A DNA stretch of 64,000 nucleotides from Veleropilina oligotropha (GCA_048128005.1 JBEUKZ010000068.1:62001-126000), one strand, 5' to 3'; shown: positions 43,850 to 57,406, counted from the first letter of the stretch. A program made the numbers and translations. The notes: generated by a model from the sequence alone, not told the origin.

Positions 43850-46090
43850 CTTGAGAGCAGATCGGCACAAGAATTATCGGTGCCCTTTATGTACTCTACT
43901 GTGCAGTTATATCCCGCAATCGTGAGAGCCCACAGCTGGATTTTCTTATTCTGCATCGGGGAGTCAAGAATAAATTTAAGAGGTTTATGATCTGTTTTTA
44001 TGACAAACGTTGCACCATGCAAGTAGAAATCTAGCTTTTGGAGAGCATAGTGAATGGCATATGCTTCCTTTTCGACCGTCGCCCATTTAACCTGCGTCTT
44101 ACTTAGTTTGTGCGACAAGAAATATATTGGATGTTCATCTTTTAAGTTTGGTAAAATGTTATTTTCCTTACCTGGTTGTGTAAGACACGCTCCTATGCAA
44201 TATTGACTTGCGTCCGTGTAAAGCACATAGGGTTTGTTTGGATCGGGGTATGACAACATAGGTATCCTAGTTAATTCCTCTTTTAATGTCTCAAAAGACT
44301 TTGTGCATTGTTCTGTCCATTTAAATTTTGAATACTTTCTCGTCAATTCTATCAAGGGGGTGTCAATTTCCGAGAACTTGGGTAGAAAATGACGATAATA
44401 TGACATCATTCCTATGAATGACCGTACCTCTCTCACGTTTGTTGGAGGCAAGAGAGATCTTATGGCTTTGACTTTACCTGGATCAGGTTTTATTCCGTCA
44501 GCACCAACAATGAATCCCAGATAATTTACTTCTGGTTTCATGAATTGACATTTCCGTAATTTCATCTTCAAGTTATGTCTTTTCAACCTATCAAATACTT
44601 GCTGAATGTGTGAGAGATGAGACTCTAAAGTTGGGGAGTGAATAAGGATATCGTCAATGTACGATCAAGAAAAAGACTCGAGTCCCTGCAAAGCTCTTGA
44701 AATAAGTTCTTGGAATATTCCTGGACAGGAATTGATCCCGAAAGGCATAACATTGAAATGGAATAGGCCTTTGTGGCAGACAAAAGCTGTCTTCTCCTTA
44801 TCATCAGGGTCCATTGCTACTTGCCAATATCCTGACTTTAAATCGAGACATGTAAAGTAACGAGATCCTCTGAGGTTCCCGACAATGTCATCTATCAATG
44901 GAATCGGCCAGGACGTGGGTGTGGATATTTTATTCAGAGCTCTGAAGTCAACACAGAAGCGTCTCGAGCCGTCTTTCTTTAAAACTAAAACTACGGGGAA
45001 TGACCAAGGACTGTTGGATCTCTCAATTATTTTAGCTTCAATCATATCATCGACAGCTTTATCAATCATTTCACGCTTGTTTAATGGAACTCGATACTGT
45101 CTCTGTTTTATAGGAGGGTGTTCGCCAGTGTTAATTTTCATTTTTACTAGGTCCGTTCTACCTAACTCCATGTCGGTTTCTGCGAACAAATCACGATTGT
45201 TATTAATTAGATCTGTTACTTGCGTAGAGAACTCATCGGGGACGTTAATTTCATCTCGTTTGACCTTAACTGGTCGCTGGGGTCGAGATTTTTCTAGCAA
45301 CTCATTTGCTTCCACAAGATTGTTCTCTACGACAGATTCTACCCTACCTACAACTGCTCCTTCTTTTAATTTTATCGACTTGTTTGTATTATTTGTTATT
45401 AAGAGTTTTAGCCTTCTTCGATTGTCTAGTTTAGATATCGTATTAACAACTTGTAGTCCTGGTTCTGAATTTATACACACCGAGTCTGGTTGAGATAATT
45501 CTACTATGTTTTCATCAGGTTCACAGTGACGTTTTATTTTGCCATTACACATTAATGTTGACTGTGGTTTTATTACGATAGTAGATGTCATCCTAACGAG
45601 TGATGCCACGTGCGCATCTTCCTGGAGCGAAATGTATGTTTTTCCTATTCGCATGGCAGAGAGGTCAAAATATAAGCGCGTACCACATTTTTGTTTAGAA
45701 AATCTCTGCCAAGTATAACGTTTCGATTCATGTTGGAGACAACAACCATTGTTTGCTCTAGTCGTAAACCTCCTAGGTCAAATTTACACATAAAAGTACC
45801 TTTTGCAATTATTTCTGAACCGCTAGCAGATTGTAAACTTGGTAAATTTCTTTTACTTAATTTTGGTGGATTCTTTAAGGACTGGTACATGCTATGACGC
45901 ATTAAAGAGACATCTGCACCAGTGTCAATTAACGCTCTTACCCTGGTGTTACCTAATTTAATTAAACAAGAGTTTAAATTCGCTTTTGATTCAATACTAC
46001 TAATCTGAATGTTTTTATGTTTGGTATGTCTAGCTTTCTGTTCTTCGTTTCTCTTACTCCGAGCATCGACTTTCTTATGCTCAGAGCGCT
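43850..46090 (-). pseudogene. pol: Env-Gypsy pol (protease, RT, RNase H), frameshifted
   Basis: ALIDTGAD (~45915-45940), RFCVDFR, LDLKSGYWQ, YIDDI, YTDAS, EKEAYA, TDHKPL. Confidence 0.9.
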
Positions 46091-46970
46091 TTAGTTTAAA
46101 TGATTGCTGTTACGATTTCCGTGGTTGCTCGGCCTAGGTTGTCGATTCGGACAATTCCAAGCATGGGTTCGGGCAATTTTTAAACAACCCCGACAAGCCT
46201 TGCAATCCCGACGCAAATAACCTGCTTTATTGCACCCAGTGCAACGCAAGCTCTGAGTGACGGCGTGTACAGGTTTGCTAGCCCTGCACTCTGAGGCATA
46301 ATGACCTCTTCGTCCACAACGTCTATAATTCTTTGGACGGAAGTTATTTATTTCCATCGGTTCGATGTGTCTACTGTCCGTACTATTGTTGTATTGCCTG
46401 TCCTGTCGTCTGTCATTTGATCGCGTTTTATTCGCCTCTAATCTGACATCGAATCGTTTTCTTAAGTTTTCCTCTGCCGCAGCTACTTCGACCGCTGCCT
46501 CGAAAATTCGCGGATTATATCGCATTACTTTTAATTTTAGGTAGTCTTTAGCTAACCCGTCGACAAAGTATCCAATCAATTGGTTATTTAATAATGGATT
46601 AAGCCCCACTTCGAAGCTCGCATCGCTGGCTAAATGTCGTAGACGTTCAGCATACAGCTGAATACCTTCGCTCGCATTTTGTCTGATATTTCTAAGCAGC
46701 AATAACGCATGCTGCATATCGGTTGCATCGCCAAACTTTGTTGTTAATTCATTTTTCATGTCCGACCACGTTCCGTCGGTGTTTGTATTTAAATATCGCG
46801 CGATATAGTCTGATACAGCGCCTTTTGCGGTTTGATACGCCACGCGTTTGATTCTTTCATCGCTAAGATGAGTTAACGTAGCATATTTTTGTATACTTTT
46901 TATCCATTCTTTGAAAAGTTTGCAATTGCCATTAAACGAGTTAACAACATTGCTAACTCCATGCGTTCAT
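46091..46970 (-). pseudogene. gag: Env-Gypsy gag (5' end degraded)
   Basis: Capsid-like region (IRQNASEGIQLYAERL), EPMEI motif, degenerate CCHC knuckles. Confidence 0.82.
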
Positions 46971-47989
46971 ATAAAACATGTTAATCCGCACACTTGCGAA
47001 GTTAGTTCATCTAAAATAGGGGTAATATCGGGACCCGTTGCCACGATTGAGTGAGATAATCAGAAGATCTACACACTTACCTTGGGGTGTTGTACTTCAT
47101 CCTGAACATGAATGTGCGGGTTCGAATCCACAATAGGTTGGGGTGCTGTGGCGATGACTGCGTCAATCAGGATTCGAATCCATGGTCACGAGCACCATTT
47201 AACCATAGGCCTGTTGCATTATTGATGTCTGCAGGTCACCGTGTTGACCCAGACCGTTGTTAATGGTGGCAAGATCGTCTAGTGGTTTTTATAGCTGGTC
47301 ATCTCTTCAATACAACAATGGAGGCAGTGGTAGAAATAAGTATTTCTGTATTTCTTGAATATACATGGTTGTGAAGCGAAGCAAAGCGGCAGCAGTAAGT
47401 AATTAAAAGTATATAGTTTTGACGCTCACATGGCGTTTATCCTTCTCATCTCAATTTGAATCTCCACTTCACTAGGAACTAGCGAAGTCTCAACCGAACA
47501 AGAACTCTGAGCCCTCAACAAGGCAACTCTAAAACTAACTGAAGTTATATTAAAAGCTTGATTCATATATAGTCTATCGTCAATTACGCATGCAGTATTC
47601 TTCCACTACGTAGTTGGCAGGAGAAGACACCTTACTACGCAGCACGCATCGCAATGATTCTTCTAATATTTGAGTCATAATTGAACAATGATTTGGTATT
47701 CCAAATGTTTATGTTTATCCGAACCGCATGCTTGTTGACAATAGTCTAGAAATATCAGCTTCACAATCAGCCATTAACTGTCGGCAGGATGACTGTCCTA
47801 TATGCATAATATTTATATCCACGCGCATTCAGGATGCTAATAATGGTCTCAAGTTATCTGAACAATTTATCTGAGAAATGAAATAATAAATCGTTTCACT
47901 ATCTACTCAACTAAATATAATATTGAGTTATATAATTTAATCTTCCCTTTTAATAAATAAAAGCTAACATTATCCCCTATAATGTTACA

Positions 47990-49818
47990 GTAGGGATTTA
48001 TAATATGAACAATTCGCTTGGTGGATGAGAGATTTAACTTTATTTTTCCACAATTTGTATAATTCGAAATGCGTTTTCTTATTAGCCTTGTCCCGTTTAG
48101 ACATAGCAATGGTTATGTCGTCCATCCACCAATCGGGCCGTCGTTTGTAGCTAGCTATCTTCTCTATCAGAGGAGCATGAGAGTCAAGCACATTGTTGAA
48201 GAGATACATCCACGCATCAAGTCCATCATCCGGATCAACGAACGCATTCACTATTGACCACGGTTGTTCACGCAAATCGTCACGAAACTGCGACTCTGTG
48301 AAGTTTTTCATACATCTGTATTTAATATTTCCTGATGTTTTATTTCTGACAGCAGAAGCCTTCCACATTACACACACAGGAAGATGATCGCTAACCGAAT
48401 AATCGACGACGAGACTCTGTGTAATATTCTCCGGATGACTTACAAACACATGATAAATCAGCGTTTCGGATGTTGATGTTATTCGCGTAGGTGTGGTTAT
48501 AAGTTGCGTAAGATCGTAATTATTTTGCAAACAGTCTTGCCACATTTTTTCTTTATGGTCATCTTTGAATAAGTCAATGTTGAAGTCTCCAAGAACAAAA
48601 AGTTCTTTATTTTCTCGTCTAACACTGTCCAAAGTTGTTTTGAACAAAGATATCCAAGTAACGTGGTCTTGGTCAGGAGGTCTATAAGCAAACACGACGA
48701 TTATCGGCTTGGAATTTTCAGAATGAACCTCTAAAACAATAATTTCAACATTGTTTTGTTCAAGGTTGTTTCGTCTATGAAATTCTACACCATGCTGAAT
48801 ATGTATGGGATAAACTACTCGATAGCATTGAATAGTTCAGACAAAAACTCCTGTCGAGGGCTGTGAGACAGGAGTGTTTCTCTGAACTATTCAACGCTAT
48901 CGAGTAGTTTATGTCACTTAAAACATTTCACCAATGAACAATAGCCTCATTGTAGTTAATTGGAGTGCATTAGTTGAATGAAAGTCTTAATTGCTGTGTA
49001 TTAGTTGAATGCCTTTAAACTTTTCAACGGATGGGCCAACAAAGCTTTGTTCTTCGGCAGAATAAACAACTGCCCAGAACAATAGATGACGTCACATTAA
49101 TGTTTTAAATACGGTTAGACCACCGCCAGTGTTTTTAGAGGCAGTTGATTCACACCGGTCTCGTCTCACTAATGAATAACCGTCTATAGTGAGTTCACTT
49201 TCACAATATCGGTCGTTCAGCCACGTTTCTGACAGTCCGAGAATAGATAACCTGTCGCGCGATCCGTTAAGTACCACTTTGATCTCGTCTAATTTGTTTT
49301 GAATAGAGCGAACATTCAGGTGCACGACTTTCAATCCTTTTCTGTACAACTGAGGAAATGGAGAAACACCATCAATTGAATTATTTGTTTCAATTGTATT
49401 CTCCACCGACGCTCCGATGTGTCTTCATGCATCGTGCCACTTGATTGATCATTACCATTGTTTCCCTGATTAACAACCAATGCTGCTGTAGGTGAGTTTG
49501 AACGAGGTGTACAGTCCAAACACCTTCGTGCAATCAGCTATCTGCCAATTCGTGTATATTGATATCAATGCAAGAAATGTTAAATAAATTGCCACACCCG
49601 AAGCACTCCATTTTCCCATTGAAATTAAAAATTGTTTCAAAACACACACCACACGGTCCAGGGTTGCAATGTATATTTCCAGATAACAACAACACCATAA
49701 GATGATGATAATTAATAAATCCGGACTTACATGCCTTGTTAGATCGCCAGCGCATCTTTGTTGTGATTGGTGCTGTTATAGTCCAAATGATTTCCTGTCC
49801 ATAGTTATTCACCTGCAA
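47990..49818 (-). pseudogene. LINE ORF2 N-terminus: 2A-like NPGP, PHD finger, APE endonuclease
   Basis: LLLSGNIHCNPGP; CGVC...CFGC; HLNVRS, LSETWL, YRPP, GDFNID, PTR, SDHLPV. Confidence 0.85.
48806..49110 (-). mobile_element. Non-autonomous Crypton-like element (approximate ends)
   Basis: ~100-bp hairpin 48810-48912, then TAAAACATT inverted to AATGTTTTA at the far end; interrupts the endonuclease at GGGLTV|.IQHG. Confidence 0.6.
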
Positions 49819-52491
49819 TCAGAAATGAGTCGAACGTGTCACTGTTCCCATCCATGATGTTCTGTATGGGCTGGTCAGGCTTGTATATGTACACGTACAG
49901 TAAAATTAAAGTTAAACCATTGGAGCAAATATTGTGTGCGACACCTCTCGCAGCCATCTTGAAATCCCTAAGTTCATGACGAATGACGCCCGAAGTCTGA
50001 TAGTTCTAGATGCAATCTCATGTATGTTGAAAAACTTCCAAGTATCCTTTTGCGTGCAAATATGATGTAATATTGGACGAGTTTATGAAAAGGGTAGGAG
50101 AAATTAAATGGGTGAATTCAAAGTGAGCTAGATTATTGGCTTAGACGAGGGTGTGTCCGGAGAAGGGTAAAACGGTTTTATGTGGTGTTCGCGCCCTCCG
50201 AAGCCAGTCATGGTCTAGCTATAGCTATGGTGCACGTCGGAAGTGCGGGGCTCAAATTGTGTAGTTAGTCTCTGTATAACCTGTAATCGTTGCTACTGTT
50301 AAATAAATTGCGTATTGTACTAGAAGAAGAATGGATTATCGTATTTCACTAAGCTACTGGAAATGGACTTACAGCTGTCTACTGGACACGGCTATAATTT
50401 AGGCTATTTCACCCATGTAATAGTGGAACCGATGTCTAGTTGGGTTTTACGTTAGTCACGGGACGTGAAGCTCTTACCATCAAGTGGACCTGAGGGAATT
50501 CATAACACCCTGAGGACGATTTGTTTATTTCCACAGACATGGTTACGAAGACGATCACGATTGATAGAAAGTAAATGCGTGTTACTTGAGACGCTCCGTT
50601 ATCAGTACAAACTACAGAGTTTGGCTGTGCTGTTCCCGACCGAAATTCACTGCCGTTATCAGGACTATATTTGTCACATTAATACTGTTACGCGGTGATG
50701 GGCATTCCGCCGGTTATCGAAGTCCAACTGGCAGTTACAAAGACCCGCAGAGCAACAACAAATTGGGAGGGTTTTAGAACATGACCTTGACCTTTGATCT
50801 CGGACGATCTAGATAGCGAAATAAGCAGAAATGCGCCAAAATGATGTATGGAATTTTGCAAAGTCTAGGGGGCATTCAAACGTGACCATGAGCTGTTACT
50901 TATGGATTTGGTGACAACGGAATCCGTATAACTGCTTACAGTTCTAGGTTCACATGTTATTCTTATTATAAATCACTTGCAGATGAGGGGGGGGGGGGCA
51001 TCAATCTAGTCAACACTAGTATATGGATGTCCAAAGGTGACTAGAACCGAACAACCCATTAGAGCCCATCGAAAAACTATAACCAAAATTTCTGTCCACA
51101 AACACCTATTTTTATGCAATAATTTTATCACTTATCACTTCCATAGTGTCAAAATCAAATTTGCACCAAATAATATACACTCAATGATAAACTTTAACCA
51201 GAAACTCAAAAACACTTTCATCTATTCAATAATTATATTAAATTTTATTCAATATCACTTCCAGAGTATCAGGTGTCATCCATATAATAGGCTACAAAAG
51301 CATACGCATGCCAAAAAGTCTCATAGGCAAGTTATATACACTTAATTCTAAACCGTAACCAAATTGTTTACGGACGAACAGGTCAACAACATCCCCATAC
51401 CGTACGTCAAGCGGGGGATAAAAATCATCTCTTTATTTCAAACGAAAATAATATGTACTATGTGTTACTTTCTCTTTTGTTGCATCTCCAATATCAGTTC
51501 TGTCTGACGAACGTTCAACCTGCAAAATAAATCACAAGACAGGTGTATAAGGTGGGCACAGTTGATGGAGGGTGTATTTTGATCTAGAACGGTCAGTGTC
51601 ACTTATATAGGTAGTGCCACATAAAAATTATTCTTAATAAGGTTATGAATAAAGATTGAGACAAAACCCAGATCAACCATAAATGGAAGTATTGACTGAA
51701 AAGACAAATCGATGTTACGAAACATTTGTAAATAACAGCCTTAAAGTACTAGTATTCCATGTCTTTGCTAAATCCCATTAATGAAACTGATATTACAACC
51801 CTTAGGCTATGAATTTTAAATTACGTCCATTTGTAAATAACAGCCTTAAATTACTAGTATTTCATTTCTTTGCTAAATCCGATTTATTATACTGATATTA
51901 CAACCCTTAGACTATGAATTTTAAATTACATCAATAACATTTTTTCTAAGGTAAGCCATTTTGAAGATATATGAGAGAACATATAAAGAAAATAATTAAA
52001 TATTACGTCGTATTTGAGAACCGTATTTGATAACTCAACATCCTTGTTGCAACTAGGTGACCCAATTATGCGGCCCCACAGTTAGCCTCATGTTACGGTT
52101 TCTTGTCCCTCGGTCTCAAAATACGGTCAGCTGACTGAGTTTTGTCCCAAAATACAATAAAACTATTTCATGCAGCTCTAAAAGTTTAAGTGAAATCGAT
52201 AAACAAATCATTTATATACGATGAACGCGTTGACGAAAGATGTACTGTGATAATTAGTCTCTTTGGCCGCTAAATGTTGCATTACCCGAATTCCTCTTAC
52301 CACTACAGCGGCCATGGCCTATTATATTATTTGGACGCCGACAGTATGGTAGGCCTGATTAATGTGATATAGGTTTTACGTGTAAACCATGTATGGATTA
52401 TAATACCATTTCGGGGACTTAACTCCCCAGTGAAATAATAAAGATAGATAGTACTTTCTTTCCTTTTGCATCACACTCAATGATACGTGTG

Positions 52492-52495
<4 letters not shown>

Positions 52496-52546
<51 letters not shown>
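52496..52546. repeat. (TA)n microsatellite
   Basis: Pure TA run. Confidence 0.95.
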
Positions 52547-52549
<3 letters not shown>

Positions 52550-53699
52550 ATTTCCATTTATTAATAGCTAAAATAACGCTTACTTTGTCCCGTTTTAAAA
52601 TGTGAGGTCATAGTGGAACTTCCATATTATAGCAAGGCATAGTGGCAGATATAACTTGAGTATATCACCTACCTGTGTCGGCTAAGGACGAAAATTATGT
52701 GTAGGCACATTCTTTGGTGTCTATTTGACTGGATACGCAACTAGTTGTTATTAATTACATTCAACGTAACTTTATCCCTTCAGCGTTGCTCAGAAACAGG
52801 TTGTTCAAAGTCCATTTTGAAATGATTTATGATATTTTGACTGTTGGATGATTAGGATAATAATTATGACTTGGACAGTCTGTAAATAATGTGCTCTTGA
52901 AGCTGCAGTTAATTCAAGGATATTTTGCACTCCAATCCAGGATCCTGGTAATTATATAATCACATCCAAATATTACTATATGATTATTCATAAATATCGT
53001 TAAAATTAAATACTGATAATGTAACTTCTAATATTATACTGTTTGGCATTAAAATCTCCTTAATTATATGTCACGGACAAATTGTGTTGATATAACTACC
53101 TATACTAATATTTGTGTCGGCTTAAATGGCGACGCTATCTGAATGCGTTACATCGAGTGTTTGTTCGATCCTGATCGGCGGCACTTAGGATTAGGCCTAT
53201 CAATCACGACTTGTCATAGATTAGGTCTATCAATCACGAAGGGTCATAGCTTAGGTCTATCAGTCACGATGGTTCATGGTCGGCTGAGGCGGGTGCAATA
53301 ACTGAAACTTTCCAATTTGTTAGTATATATTGTGCTAATCAAATTCGGATATAGTACCAAGTACAAAATGACCCATGTCCGAAATTATGACGTCATAAAT
53401 ATGGCGGCCATTTTGAATTTGCTTTAATATTTTAAACAGTTGACACTTACTTATTTCATTCTCATTTTCCATAAAATTGGTATTTATTCGCCCAGAAAGG
53501 CTCAAATTACACGCCAAAATGTTTACATTTATAACTGGCCTAATTGTCACTATCATGTCGGCCATTTTGAGTTTTTGAAAATATACATATTGACAACTTA
53601 TACATGATTAATTAAGTAATGTCAAAACTACTTGAATTAAGTTACACAAATACAAAGGAGCATTGCTACTTCACTTCCACAAAAGTTATTTATAATAAA

Positions 53700-55190
53700 C
53701 AGCCTTTATTTATGATTTACAAGTTGGTCCCTTCAGTGGTGGGGTTTGGGAGCGAAGTGTGAAATATACGATGACGTGACGGACTGACTTCTCGGAGGCG
53801 ACACAGTCACATTTGGCTGTGCCCTTGAATACAAACCTATTCATTGCCGCGACAAAGCGTTCCGCCCCTTTTCTCAGGCGATTGAAGTTCATCCACTGTT
53901 CATTGACGGCTCTGAATGGAGCCACTATTCTTTCCAGCATATCCCGAGCTTTCTTCGAAATATCAGGAGATATGGGGCGGGTTAGGCAAAGGGGCGTCAT
54001 GCTTTGAGCCGAGCATGAGGTAGGTTCTGGATGACTGTCTGGCGGAGAATGTGGTTTTCATTTGCCTGGGCCTTGCGGGAGAGAGTCGACAATGCAGGCT
54101 GGAGACTTCACCATCTCTTCGTAGTCCAGGGCCCAAGATTATAAAGGTCTGCTGAGTACGGTCTCAGACTCTGGTGACTTGATCATTGCAGAGTCTGAGC
54201 TGAGTTTCATAGAGTCTCTTTAATCTTGGGCCCTGATCTCAGACTCATGGCAGAGTCATGATTGAAAGGATGTACATGAGATTTACAGGGGTTGGTTGTA
54301 GGCAGCCAGACATCAATAACCGCCGTTTAGTGCAATGTCTAGCTTCTTGGCATGGGTACTTCTGCGCCATATCAGTGTGCAGTATTCCACAGCACTGTAG
54401 ACTAGTGTCTGTGTAGAGATTCCCAGCATCTAGGTAATAGCCCCCGGTGCAGTGTCCGCGAGGCAACGAATCAATGCGGTGGCATGCGTGACATGATCTT
54501 TCCCGTTAATTACTGTTGGGTGCGATCTTATTTCAATCTTATGTAGGTCTGTGCTGTCTAATTTGTTGTTGTTCGCCATGACGTTCATCTTGCGACTTAG
54601 TCTTGGCAATGTTGTGTTTCAAGCGCCAGTTGTTGCCGTTCAGGTTTAAATCTCCACCCATCGTTTCTTCTGGAGCAGGAAAGCTAGGAGGTCAACGTAT
54701 CCGTACTTCTTGCCCTGTGTCGAGGAAGGTCGTCATTGTATACGTTAAAGTAATGTTGAATATTCGCCTGCTGAGCATTTCCATGATGAAGCTGATCATG
54801 TTGTCTGTAGGAGCTTGAGGTTAAGACAACGCAGCCAGGCCGTGTCGTAGATTGCTGAGAGATCGATGAAGACTGCGCCATCCTTATCATCAGCGTGGAA
54901 GTCTTCTATGTCGTATGTTAGAAGGGCCACCTGATCTACTGTTGATCTCCCATGATGGAAGTTGTGGGTCATTGATTGGGTCCGAGCGGTCGCGCAGTAG
55001 ACGCTTCACAAGCTTGCTTGTACAGCACGCACGCAGGGAAGGCTGATGTGGCATAGACCTTTGGGTAATCCAATGACGTATTTGGCTTTGGAGGAGCGAT
55101 GATTTTGGTTGGTCATAAGATTTTGCGCAGCTAAGAGCAGGGAAGACACTGTAAGCAGAATATACGAAGTCATTCAGTTGCTTTTGCACC
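53700..55190 (-). mobile_element. Highly degraded 5'-truncated LINE (Ingi/Vingi- or RTE-like)
   Basis: Remnants FNVYNDDLP (RT) and WMNFNRLRKGAERF...CDC...H (C-terminal Zn region) in broken frames. Confidence 0.6.
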
Positions 55191-55546
55191 TTGATGCAAG
55201 ATGAACTATGAGTATTTTCGGGTTTCGCATCATAACATACAGTAGGTTAGAATACATCAAGTTTCTGATAATGTGTCAGTGTTCACGCATTCTTTTAAAT
55301 TAACAAATCTACAATGCATTTCCATAATTTGTGGTGCACTATATTATAATCTAAAGTATATAATATGGTCATAATTTGTTTGAAATAAATTGAATATCAT
55401 ATATTAATTTTGATAATTATAGCCTCCACATTTATATACTAAAGTAATGTGACATAAATAAGTATAACAATTTAAATTCAGCCTATTCCCATTAAAAATA
55501 AAACTATGCATATATTTGTTAAAGTTATGTTTGAAATGATAATTAA

Positions 55547-55827
55547 TCTTAATATAATGGAGCTATAATTGTATGTGTGCGGGCGGGCGGGCGGGCGGGC
55601 GTGCGTGCGTGCGTGTCTGTTTCAAGTTGAACTCCTCCCAGACGCTTTGACCTAGGACCTTCAAACTTTGGGGGGTTAATCGGGGTCCCCCAAGGAAGGT
55701 TTACCACGAAAAAAATTCGGAAAATTCGGGAAAAAAAAAAAATATTTAAGGGAGCACTATCAAAAAAAAAAAAAAAAAAAAATTGGGGTGGGGGGACTTG
55801 CCCGGCGAAGACGGGTACCATAGCTAG
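55547..55827 (+). mobile_element. Non-autonomous Helitron (copy 2)
   Basis: Same TC...hairpin-CTAG element as 1172-1421, between A and T; differs in its internal microsatellite. Confidence 0.8.
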
Positions 55828-56079
55828 TCATAATAATAATGACATAATTGCATAATATATCAACTGAAACAGTCTCTGAAAGAATATAATGAATTATCCT
55901 GTCATACCGATTACCTCCCCTGCCTGCTGACCGCATGCCTTCTGCTAATACATTTACATGAAATTACTGAATTGTTGGACAACGACAATGACAGTTAAAC
56001 TGTGCAATCATATTTTAAAAACAATTGCAAATTGTGTATTTTTCTTTGAAATATATCATACCTATTTCTACGAGTATAG

Positions 56080-56350
56080 AGGCCGCTTCGGCAGCGCAGT
56101 GGGTAAGAGTGTCCACTCTAAATTCACTGGCTTGATTCCGCTAATGCGAACGGTGGTGGGTTCAATACCTGGCTGAGGCATTGACATTTGTTCAAGTTAT
56201 GAATCACAGTTGTCCGTGACTGTCCGTGACTGGCCGAAGAGGGTGGGTTTACCCGGGCGACCGGGGTTTCCTCCCGCGATAACACGGACATGTCCTGCCT
56301 TGAACCTCGATGTTGTAAATATACAGGACATTAAGCATCATTCCTCCCTC
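56080..56350 (+). mobile_element. tRNA-derived SINE (V/Meta-like central motif)
   Basis: A-box-like GGCAGCGCAGTGG, B-box-like GGTTCAATACC, GGGTTTACCCGGG...GGTTTCCTCCC; related copy at ~60140-60375. Confidence 0.65.
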
Positions 56351-57406
56351 CACGACTATACCTAATCTGTGTATGTGCAATCATATTTTAAAAACAGTTT
56401 CAAATTGTATATGTTTACACAAATTTTTCCTAGCATTAATTATTAAATAATGTTCTTTTGTCGGCTGCTGATAATGATACATAAGGAATGGGGGGGGGAT
56501 TTTATTGTATGCATGCAATTGACAATATAAAACAAAAGCATGTTTTATGAAAATATGTGTTTTTATTATTGTAATAACATACAATTCCATTCAGTTAATT
56601 TATTAGCAGGCAGTCCATTAATGTCTATATTCTACAATATTTTATATTAGTTTGCACAGAAGCTACAATTGATTATAATAATATTATCCTATATTTTTGG
56701 GTTATTTTAATGAAGACTTTTGGAAGATTTAAAAATATTAGACCTCTTCAATGTTGGTTTAATTTAGGAATAAATGTCCCTTTTACATTATTATATTAAC
56801 TTTTAATATCATTCTACGTATAATGTACATTTTCTGTGCAACTACTGATGCAAATTTGTTTTTATTTTATGAAAATCGGTTGAGGGTTAGGGTTCCCTGA
56901 AAATCAGTTTTTAGTCATTTAATCACATTCAAAATGGCCGCCATTTTCATGACGGCATAATATCGGACACTGGTCAATTTGTAATTGGCAATATATCAGA
57001 AATTGATTTGTATATAATATACTAACATACAGCCAAGTTTCGTGCTTTTATAAAAAAAAAGCACAATTGTTCCAAAATATTGATCATTGCCGCCGCACTA
57101 TTGACTTTCGGTTTCCTACCACGATTATATGGACACTCTACTACAAACAAAACAGAATATCTTCATTTGATTTTTGATATATTGCTATTTTCAACCTTGA
57201 TACCTACACATGATTAGATAGTTGTATTTGAGGAGGAGGAAGGTACGAAAGCTTTCCATGAGTCTCCTTGTTAGCGGGATTATTCAACCCAAATTTATAC
57301 TGATAATCGTTGCTTAAAGATGAAGAGGCATTGTTTTCTGACTCCAAAATTGAATGTCAGTTTGCTTCTGAGTCTTTGCCTTGGGAAGACCTATAGTTGT
57401 TTCAAT

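Larger units (their letters stand above)
30386..47989 (-). mobile_element. Ty3/Gypsy retrotransposon with env gene (errantivirus-like endogenous retrovirus), defective
   Basis: 778-bp LTRs at 30386-31163 and 47212-47989 (about two differences seen); 4-bp TSD GTAT/GTAG; PPT AAGAATGGGAGG; gag-PR-RT-RH-IN-env order. Confidence 0.92.
1422..49965 (-). mobile_element. Outermost CR1/L2-group LINE, degraded and split by nested insertions (ends approximate)
   Basis: Collinear minus-strand pieces: 5' CAAGATGGCTGC (~49961), NPGP+PHD (49534-49818), APE endonuclease (49092-49406, 47985-48695), RT (29834-30304, 28879-29370), C-terminus (3147-3368), and a 3' UTR ending AATAAA...(ATT)n at ~1422. Reading frames rejoin across the removed insertions (e.g. 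YYKSL|LDKG, DNKDL|VGVVFLD). Confidence 0.8.

Noticed and set aside
49985..50700. Possible solo LTR or LTR-element fragment
   Set aside because: No partner repeat, TSD or coding motif could be confirmed in this window.
56080..56180. tRNA gene
   Set aside because: A/B boxes are present but no clear cloverleaf; it continues into a dispersed repeat body, i.e. a SINE.
53285..57100. Related AAAATGGCCGCCAT-containing segments at ~53285-53580 and ~56880-57100
   Set aside because: Probably pieces of a dispersed repeat, but ends and class could not be defined.
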